In this document: piece by piece, positions 26,832 through 33,431 of the stretch
Position numbering within the stretch: the first letter of the stretch is position 1
Layout of the letters: the number at the start of each line of letters is the position of its first letter
Assembly: GCA_050331735.1 (NCBI GenBank)
Contig: JBHJGN010000098.1
Span: forward strand, 1-33,431
Origin: Cyanophyceae cyanobacterium
GTDB lineage: Bacteria; Cyanobacteriota; Cyanobacteriia; Cyanobacteriales; JBHJGN01
Length of the DNA: 33,431 nucleotides
Direction of reading: 5' to 3'
Position numbers and translations under genes: made by a program
The notes under the pieces: generated by a model
The model's database searches: none
What the model was told of the DNA's origin: nothing
The model's input: the letters and a program-made list of their open reading frames with translations, nothing else

Positions 26832-27917
26832 ATGGCACAAGTTCGTCTGCAAGGAATTACCCGCCGCTTTGACAATACGATCGCTGTAGAAGAGATTACC
26901 TTTGCAGTTCCCGATGGTCAGTTCTGGGTACTGGTGGGACCGTCAGGCTGCGGTAAATCAACAATTTTGCGTACTATTGCAGGCTTAGAAACGGCTACGG
27001 AGGGAAATCTTTATATTGGCAATACTTTAGTCAATACAGTGCCAGCGCGACAGCGGGATGTGGCGATGGTGTTTCAAAACTACGCTCTCTATCCGCATAT
27101 GACGGTAGCCGATAACCTGGCGTTTGGGCTGCGGATGCGCAAAACCGACGACAAAATAATCGCTCAGCGCCTAGAAACCGTGGCGCGATCGCTCAACATT
27201 GCTCACCTCCTTCAGCGCAAGCCCGCGCAGCTTTCCGGGGGACAGCAGCAGCGCGTAGCCTTGGGAAGAGCGATCGCCCGTCAACCGCAGGTGTTTTTGC
27301 TCGACGAACCCCTGTCAAATTTGGATGCTCAGTTGCGCGACGACACCCGGGCTGAACTCAAGCAGCTTCACGAGCGCGTGGGCATTACCACCATTTATGT
27401 TACCCACGATCAGATCGAAGCGATGACCCTGGCCGAGCGGGTGGTGGTCCTCGATTGGGGACGGGTACAGCAAATTGGTGCTCCCCAGGAAATCTACGCT
27501 CACCCCGCTAACCGCATGGTGGCGACGTTTTTGGGAAATCCGCCAATGAATATCATTCCCGTCACCTATCTGGACGATTCCTTTACTTTTAATCATCAGT
27601 CTCTGCCCGTTCCCAGCCCTATGAGGCAGCAGCTAGGGCTACAGCCAGGGCAAGGATTCGCTCTCGGCATTCGCCCAGAAGCCGTTGCGCCAGCACTAGA
27701 AGAGTCAGACGGTCAGCTAACGATGGAAATTGATGTCGTCGAACCCCTCGGACGAGAAACGTTGATTAGAGGTAAACTACCCCAGTCGGAGATTGCGTTT
27801 AACTGTATTGCTCCTGCCTCTTGGCGAGGGCAGCGAGGCGATCGCCTGGGGGTGAGGATCAACAGCGAGTGCCTCTTTTTGTTCGATGCAAACAGCGGTA
27901 AAACTCTTTATCCTTGA
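26832..27917 (+). CDS. MalK/UgpC-type carbohydrate ABC transporter ATP-binding protein
   Basis: [38 protein letters not shown]-terminal TOBE region. Confidence 0.94.
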   Translation: MAQVRLQGITRRFDNTIAVEEITFAVPDGQFWVLVGPSGCGKSTILRTIAGLETATEGNLYIGNTLVNTVPARQRDVAMVFQNYALYPHMTVADNLAFGLRMRKTDDKIIAQRLETVARSLNIAHLLQRKPAQLSGGQQQRVALGRAIARQPQVFLLDEPLSNLDAQLRDDTRAELKQLHERVGITTIYVTHDQIEAMTLAERVVVLDWGRVQQIGAPQEIYAHPANRMVATFLGNPPMNIIPVTYLDDSFTFNHQSLPVPSPMRQQLGLQPGQGFALGIRPEAVAPALEESDGQLTMEIDVVEPLGRETLIRGKLPQSEIAFNCIAPASWRGQRGDRLGVRINSECLFLFDANSGKTLYP

Positions 27918-27984
27918 TGATAAAGGTTGATTTCTCCGAGCACTTATTGGCATCGTCTTTTCTTCAAGGTTTGCTGTTCGATCT

Positions 27985-28236
27985 CAAACGGCCACCGTTG
28001 CTAGCCAACCGTCCTCCTTTTTTTCCAGCTAGCCTTGGATGAGTTAAGTCTCTCTGCAGAACAGGTGTCGATGGGAGGAGATCATACCAATTCCGATATT
28101 GGTGGAGCTAAAGCGGTGAGCTTGACCGGTATAGAGTCAAAAGAAAGTATCAAGAAGCATTAATCAACAATGCCGACATCCAACCCGTTCGAGTGTTAGC
28201 CTCCATTGCCCAAATTGAGAAAATTTTAGGAGACTA
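27985..28236 (+). pseudogene. Frameshifted C-terminal fragment of a HAD-IIA hydrolase
   Basis: Hand translation across frames: QPSSF/FQLALDELSLSAEQVSMGGDHTNSDIGGAKAVSLTGI ... ADIQPVRVLASIAQIEKIL*, matching the KP...MVGD...DI.GA...G and PD.VL.SIA motifs. Confidence 0.7.
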
Positions 28237-28304
28237 ATAATTTTCTTCGCAAGCGAAGAAGATTAGCTAATTTGCGTTAGAATAGATAAGCTGCCAAATG
28301 ACAA

Positions 28305-28378
28305 GGCTCAGTAGCTCAGTTGGTCAGAGCAGGGGACTCATAAGCCCAAGGTCGGGTGTTCAAATCACCCCTGAGCCA
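28305..28378 (+). tRNA. tRNA-Met(CAT), probably elongator; CCA not encoded
   Basis: GGCTCAG/CTGAGCC acceptor stem, GCTC/GAGC D-stem, anticodon loop CTCATAA, T-arm GGGTG-TTCAAAT-CACCC. Confidence 0.95.
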
Positions 28379-29068
28379 TCATCATTTCCAAGTTCTAAAG
28401 CACGTTTTAGCCCTCCATCTCAGAAATTAGTTAGGGGCGTTTGGGGGAAAGATTGGGGTAAGTTTGGGGCAAATTAACTGATGAAACGGAAAGCCCCAAA
28501 GAGGCCCGTTCAAATGGGCATTCTTCATAGTAGTCTGAGAGAGATCGAGCTCTACAGAGTCTCTAGACTAGATCAACTCTTGCGTCGATAATCTGCTCCC
28601 AAACTCCAAGTCTACTACTAAACCTTTCTGGGTACTTTAGCGGTTCAGAATTTCTATCATCCCAGCGGCAGACTCAAGCGCGTCATCGCTAAAATCAACT
28701 TTATGAATATGGGCGAGAGCTTCTCATTACGATTAACAATTACTTGAATTGCCCCTACTCCCAATTTTTAATGGTGAAATATTGGCGCGAAACTTGAGCG
28801 ATCGCTGGGTACGTTTTGACTAAACTTTGGCGACGGCGGCGCAGCTTAATTTTTTGGCTTCTGTTGCCTCTCTTGGTCCTGGTGCTTGACGGTCGGCTGA
28901 AGCTAGGTAATCGGACGCTCCTGCTACTTCAGTAGAGGCTGCCTTGTTCTTGAGCTGTTGGGGAGGCAGCGTAGTGAGGTGGCAGCACAAAGAGAACAAC
29001 AAACTCTCAAGCGTCTATTGCTCCCAAATCCGCATCTCAAACCCCTGTTTCCTTCCTTTGCAAACCCT

Positions 29069-29096
29069 TCTGCCGTCTGCCGTCTGCCTCCTGCCT
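29069..29096. repeat. Heptamer tandem repeat (STRR-like), 4 copies
   Basis: TCTGCCG TCTGCCG TCTGCCT CCTGCCT. Confidence 0.7.
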
Positions 29097-29333
29097 TACC
29101 TAATTTTTAAGTGGAGTATTTAAACCGGATCTGGTATGATATTTCCTTTGAGCGGAGTTTTCTCCTTCTCAGGCATCTTCGTCGCTCATAGCGAATTGGA
29201 GTTAGTCAAACCACTGTAGGAGGACGGTACTCCTCTAGACTTGATTGCTCGTCAATCTGTTGCATGAGGACATATTTATGTAGAATTGACGCAATCTAAG
29301 AGCCGTTGGAGAACTGAGAGTAGAATATAAGCA

Positions 29334-29930
29334 ATGCCTAACCCGGTCCTACTCGTTCATGGTCTTTTCAGGGGCGCGCGCGTTTTTGGGCCTATGGCTG
29401 CGTATCTAACGGCTCAAGGATGGACAATCTACTGCTTCGACTTAAAGCTGAATTACGGTCGCTGGGGATTGGATCGCATTGCTCTTCAAATAGCAGACTA
29501 TATTAGGTTAACTTTTCCCCCTTCACAACCGCTAGATTTAGTAGGGTTAAGCATGGGAGGACTACTCAGCCGTTACTACGTTCAGCGTTTGGAGGAAATC
29601 GAGCAGGTACAGAGATTGGTAACAATCTCATCGCCCCATTGCGGAACGCAATTAGCGTATGCTTTACCTCTGCCCCTGTGTATTCAGATGCGTCCGGGCA
29701 GTGTATTTCTAAGGAATTTAAATCAAGATACAAAGCGTTTGGAGCAGCTTAACTTGACCTCGATTTGGACTCCTTACGATTTTATTATTGTTCCAGCTAG
29801 TAGTTCGCGGCTAGGAATTGGGGAAGAAGTCAAGCTGTCAGTTTTAACCCACGCTGCCATGGCTAGGGATCGTCGCTGTTTTGAGGCGGTTGCTCACTCA
29901 CTCCGTACTCCTCTGAAAACCTCATCTTAA
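29334..29930 (+). CDS. Alpha/beta-hydrolase (small lipase/esterase)
   Basis: PVLLVHG, GLSMGG nucleophile elbow, SSPHCGT, SIWTPYD, THAAM. Confidence 0.9.
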   Translation: MPNPVLLVHGLFRGARVFGPMAAYLTAQGWTIYCFDLKLNYGRWGLDRIALQIADYIRLTFPPSQPLDLVGLSMGGLLSRYYVQRLEEIEQVQRLVTISSPHCGTQLAYALPLPLCIQMRPGSVFLRNLNQDTKRLEQLNLTSIWTPYDFIIVPASSSRLGIGEEVKLSVLTHAAMARDRRCFEAVAHSLRTPLKTSS

Positions 29931-30004
29931 ATTTGGTTGTGTCGTTAAAGTCATGTTTTGAAGGGTTAGTGGATAGTGGTTGTTAACAACTGATTTTTAC
30001 CCTG

Positions 30005-30697
30005 CTATCTCAATCCCGATAAAGTATCGTTACAAGATTGACTGGCATCAGTCAAGCAGATCAAATTATCTTCTCGAATTGAAATCGAACCCTGCTGACG
30101 CAGCTTGCCCATTAAGCGAGTTACAGTGACGCGTGTTGAACCAATGGCGCTGCCTATTTGGGCATGGGTTAAAGCATAGGGGAGACAATAACCACCTTCT
30201 ATCGGTTCGCCGTATTCTTCGACAAGCAGAGTGAGAAACCCGAGTAGTCTATCTATAGTCCGTCTTTGCCCTAACGTACTCAACCAGAGTAGTTTGCGCT
30301 GGTGCTGGTAGCGAAAGGCTTCAAACACTTCTCTACGAAAATGAGGCCAGTTTTCTAAATCGTACCAGTACAGCCAAACAACCGCAGATTGATCGACGTG
30401 GCTATAGGCCTGAAGCGTAAAGGGAGACTGAGCTACAATTTCAAAAGGTTGGCCAGAACCAACGAACCCCAAGAAAGTTTCCTCCGGTTGTGAAGAGTGT
30501 TCTTCGGCAGACTGAGTTTGTCCAACAATACGGACGGCTCCTTTTTGAACTAAATAGAGTAAACCGGGGCGAGTTGGAATCCGTTCGTCTTTTTTGAATA
30601 CTCGTTGACGATAATGAGATTGGGCCCAGTCCAGAATTCGCTGCCAGGTGAGAAAAGGACGAGAAGCCTCGGTTGGAGGAAAATTAGACGAATACAT
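30005..30697 (-). CDS. devH: Crp/Fnr-family transcriptional regulator DevH
   Basis: SRPFLTWQRILDWAQ N-terminus and LTHAQIGSAIGSTRVTVTRLMGKLR HTH characteristic of cyanobacterial DevH. Confidence 0.85.
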   Translation of the reverse strand: MYSSNFPPTEASRPFLTWQRILDWAQSHYRQRVFKKDERIPTRPGLLYLVQKGAVRIVGQTQSAEEHSSQPEETFLGFVGSGQPFEIVAQSPFTLQAYSHVDQSAVVWLYWYDLENWPHFRREVFEAFRYQHQRKLLWLSTLGQRRTIDRLLGFLTLLVEEYGEPIEGGYCLPYALTHAQIGSAIGSTRVTVTRLMGKLRQQGSISIREDNLICLTDASQSCNDTLSGLR

Positions 30698-30773
30698 AGG
30701 ATGAGGAGCACCTTAGCTGCTCCGGTTTTCTCGATTCTACACGGAAAGCAAAGTATCAAATAATACTGCTATC

Positions 30774-31685
30774 TTGCTGAATAATCAACTGACAGTTCCC
30801 CTAAAGCACTCTAGTTTACAAAGCCTATTGCAGCAGTGTCTCCTAAAGGCTGTATTTCTCCTGCAACAACGTAACTGTATGGAGTTTAACAAGGATTTAC
30901 TGTCCTCTGCTGCCGACGTTCCGATGCATCGGCTCAACACTCCTGCCGAAATTATCTATCGCAGTGCGATCGCCTTAAAGATTGCTGGTAAACACTCGCC
31001 CCAATTAGTGGCCCGACAACTGGCAGAAATTCTCCCTGAAGTCCATGTGAGCGTTGTACAAACTCAACCGCTGTTAGCGATCAAAATGAAGATGGCACCG
31101 GGTGGCTGGCTTGATTTTCCGATTAGCGATCGCGCTTTAGCGCTTTGGTTACAGCAGCTTCCTCAACTCTTTAACACTCCTCCGCTGACAGGGCCTTGGC
31201 TCACCTCTACTGCTTTCTTTGGGCTGCAGTACGCTCATGCTCGCTGCTGCTCGCTCCTTCGTCTAGGTCACGAACAGGGGCTGATTACTCTGAACTGCTC
31301 ATGCCAAGCTGAATGGCGGTGGCTCAAACCGAAGCCAATTCCTTGGTTGAGTCCAAATTTTCTGCTCGCTCAGCCAGCAGAACGGCACTTAATTGCTCAG
31401 TTGCTTAAGGTAACGGATACCTCCTATTCAAATAGGGCTCAGACCCACTCACTCAACGTTCCACCGGAGTTGCCTCCGGCGGCTGCATTGAGCAGGCTCA
31501 AGCTGGCACAACATCTTAGTCAATCTGTTCTTCAGTTTGAAAGATGCTGCCGAATTTTTGGAGATATACAAACCGAGCAGCCTCGTTTATCCCAAGCAAG
31601 ACTAGGCTTATTGGCTATTGCTCAGTTTTTCTTGCAAAATCTACTGCAAAAGCAGTTTTTGACAACTGCTGCCGAAGAATTGTGA
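30774..31685 (+). CDS. Stand-alone DALR anticodon-binding-domain protein (ArgRS C-terminal-like)
   Basis: YRSAIALKI, PGGWLDF, LQYAHARCCSLLRL, CRIFG, QARLGL...AEEL; start uncertain. Confidence 0.8.
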   Translation: MLNNQLTVPLKHSSLQSLLQQCLLKAVFLLQQRNCMEFNKDLLSSAADVPMHRLNTPAEIIYRSAIALKIAGKHSPQLVARQLAEILPEVHVSVVQTQPLLAIKMKMAPGGWLDFPISDRALALWLQQLPQLFNTPPLTGPWLTSTAFFGLQYAHARCCSLLRLGHEQGLITLNCSCQAEWRWLKPKPIPWLSPNFLLAQPAERHLIAQLLKVTDTSYSNRAQTHSLNVPPELPPAAALSRLKLAQHLSQSVLQFERCCRIFGDIQTEQPRLSQARLGLLAIAQFFLQNLLQKQFLTTAAEEL

Positions 31686-31752
31686 CACACCCTGTCAAGG
31701 TGAATAATTGTAACAAGACGTTTGTTGTGACAAATGTTATGTATACTTTCTG

Positions 31753-31817
31753 TGTGTGAGGAGCGAACCAGAAAAAGAACCGAGACGAAACACGGCCAGT
31801 CGTCGGTTCTTTTTTTG
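31753..31817 (+). ncRNA. Yfr2-family-like cyanobacterial small RNA
   Basis: -10 TATACT at 31742-31747; 5' GTGTGAGGAG; hairpin AAAAAGAACCGA..GAAACAC..TCGGTTCTTTTTTT with GAAACA in the loop and a U-tract. Family name from recalled motifs. Confidence 0.6.
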
Positions 31818-31937
31818 ATGGAAGAAAACTCTTCTGCTGCTCAGCGATAATGTTGCGTATCCTTGGGGAAGCTGATTAGAGCTAGATTGTTGACAATTGT
31901 TGCTTACTTGTAGCCAACCAAAACCAACTTCCATTGG

Positions 31938-33248
31938 TTATGAGTAATGATGAGAATTTGAGTCAACTTCCGATCCATTCCATACTCGAACGACACGTCC
32001 GACAATCTGCTTGCCCAGCCAAGGAGTATTCGCACACAGAGATTGAAGATTGTGGGCTTCAACAGTCCAGCTTGTTTGAGGATCAAAAAGAGTTAGCTCG
32101 GCTTTATGTCCAAGAGCGCAGCTAATTGGTTCTTGATGCAAGCATCTTTGCGGCCCTACACTAAGGGCTTGCCAGAGCTGAGTAGCAGTCCATTCGCCGC
32201 TGGTAACAAACTGCTGCCACAACAGAGGCAATGCCAGCTCTAAACCAATAGCTCCGGCTGGAGCTTCGGCAAAAGCGACAGTTTTCTCTTCGTATGTATA
32301 GGGAGTATGATCGACGGCGATTGCATCGATAATCCCTTGTCTAACTCCCTCAATTAAGGCCTCTCGATCTGAACCAGTTCCCAAAGGAGGGTCAAGTCGC
32401 AGGTTCGGGTCATAGCTTCCAGTTGCTCTAGTATCCAGGAGCAAATGCATCCAGGATGTACTCGCAGTCACAGGTACTCCTCGGGCTTTAGCATCAGCAA
32501 TCAGCTCTACACTGCGACGAGTTGATATTCTCATCAAATGAGCAGGGGTGTCAGCAACGGCGATTACTTCTAGTAAAGCAGCGATCGCGGCTGATTCTGA
32601 GAGCGCCGGATCTCCAGAGAAGCCATAGCGGAGTGAATCAACTCCTTCACGGACTACGCCATCCCGTTTCAATCGTGGACTAGCCGCTACTAGCCCGACT
32701 GGCTTTTTCAGTTGATTTAAATACTTCAACGACTGCAGCAGTAAATTGAAGTCTTCTATGGGTTCTGCATGAACAAAACCAAGGACTTGCTCTGCTAAAC
32801 TAGCAAGCTCAGTTTGTTGCTGTTGATTCGTTAAGGCTCCCCAGAACTGAATGTCGGTCAAGCTTGACAAATAGCTTTTGTCGTTTGCTGCTCGTATTGT
32901 CGCTAACTGCTTCAAGCTAGGAATTGCTACGGACTGATCCCCAGAAAAAACGGGATTCGGCATGACCGCTATTCGAGTAAACCCTCCGGCAGCAGCGGCA
33001 GCAGACAAGCTCGAGAAAGTTTCCCGATGTTCGAATCCGAGTTCTCCACTGCGGCTATAAAGATCGACTAAGCCGGGCCCCAAAATTAGTCCCCTACAGT
33101 CTAAGCTCGCTTCTTCAGAAGTAAAATTTAAATTATCTGCGATTAGTTGAATTTTTCCATCAGCAATGGAAATATCTGCCACTTTATCGATACCGGAAGC
33201 AGGTTCGACAACTCTAACCTGTTGCAGTACTACACTAGAATGATTCAT
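31938..33248 (-). CDS. pyrC: Dihydroorotase-like protein (PyrC/PyrC')
   Basis: PGLVDL, AAAAGGFT..MPN, LRLDPPL, IDAIAVDHTP, GAIGLE, NTPW.G; the N-terminal HxH is replaced (DLYSRSGE). Confidence 0.85.
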   Translation of the reverse strand: MNHSSVVLQQVRVVEPASGIDKVADISIADGKIQLIADNLNFTSEEASLDCRGLILGPGLVDLYSRSGELGFEHRETFSSLSAAAAAGGFTRIAVMPNPVFSGDQSVAIPSLKQLATIRAANDKSYLSSLTDIQFWGALTNQQQQTELASLAEQVLGFVHAEPIEDFNLLLQSLKYLNQLKKPVGLVAASPRLKRDGVVREGVDSLRYGFSGDPALSESAAIAALLEVIAVADTPAHLMRISTRRSVELIADAKARGVPVTASTSWMHLLLDTRATGSYDPNLRLDPPLGTGSDREALIEGVRQGIIDAIAVDHTPYTYEEKTVAFAEAPAGAIGLELALPLLWQQFVTSGEWTATQLWQALSVGPQRCLHQEPISCALGHKAELTLFDPQTSWTVEAHNLQSLCANTPWLGKQIVGRVVRVWNGSEVDSNSHHYS

Positions 33249-33254
33249 AGATCA

Positions 33255-33297
33255 AAAACCAAAGCCTCCTTTTAGTCCGATTGAACCGAAAGGAGGC
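33255..33297 (-). terminator. Terminator downstream of 5S rRNA
   Basis: Minus strand GCCTCCTTT...AAAGGAGGC followed by TTTGGTTTT. Confidence 0.75.
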
Positions 33298-33311
33298 GAA
33301 GGAAGAAGAGA

Positions 33312-33429
33312 CCTGGCACCGAGCTATTGTCCCAGCCGGTGACCCGACCAGTATCTTCGCCGCTGCTCCGTTTCACGCTCGAGTTCGGGATGGAGTCGAG
33401 GTGGTTCCCAAGCGCTGGCGGCACCAGGA
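33312..33429 (-). rRNA. rrf: 5S ribosomal RNA
   Basis: Minus strand TCCTGGTG...CCATCCCGAACTCGAGCGTGAAAC...GAAGATACTG...AATAGCTCGGTGCCAGG. Confidence 0.96.
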
Positions 33430-33431
33430 AA

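Noticed and set aside
29119..29139. Possible MITE/IS-end-like sequence TTTAAACCGGATCTGGTATGA
   Set aside because: No convincing partner end; the similar TCATACCAATTCCG at 28082 is explained by the HAD pseudogene coding sequence.
1..33431. CRISPR array, and the remaining overlapping or antisense ORFs in the track
   Set aside because: No regularly spaced 25-40 nt direct repeats or cas genes seen; the overlapping ORFs are shadows of well-supported genes.

Overview
Cyanobacterial chromosomal window (abundant HIP1 octamer GCGATCGC, NtcA-type promoter, cyanobacteria-specific gene families). It starts inside an IS1-family element and ends in a 5S rRNA gene. Coding content: HNH-like protein, ECF sigma/anti-sigma pair, two polar amino-acid ABC systems, a DUF1989-GcvT (TMAO demethylase-like) gene with a SoxG-like partner, EamA transporter, desaturase-like protein, DUF547, DUF4278, a membrane Ser/Thr pseudokinase, DUF3122, a shortened HetZ-related protein, acyltransferase, queF, sufE, LD-carboxypeptidase, fur, a methyltransferase, a MalK-type ATPase, lipase, devH, a DALR-domain protein and a pyrC-like gene. 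It also has tRNA-Met(CAT), a Yfr2-like sRNA and several pseudogene fragments. The most striking feature is at 4587-5491 (minus strand): a DIP1984-family gene followed directly by about 450 nt of helix-dense non-coding sequence with an internal T-loop-bearing domain and a terminal degenerate tRNA mimic ending in CCA. This is a candidate protein plus large structured RNA system. A second, separately promoted and terminated ~385-nt transcript lies upstream on the same strand. Family assignments come from motif recognition only; no database searches or folding programs were run.
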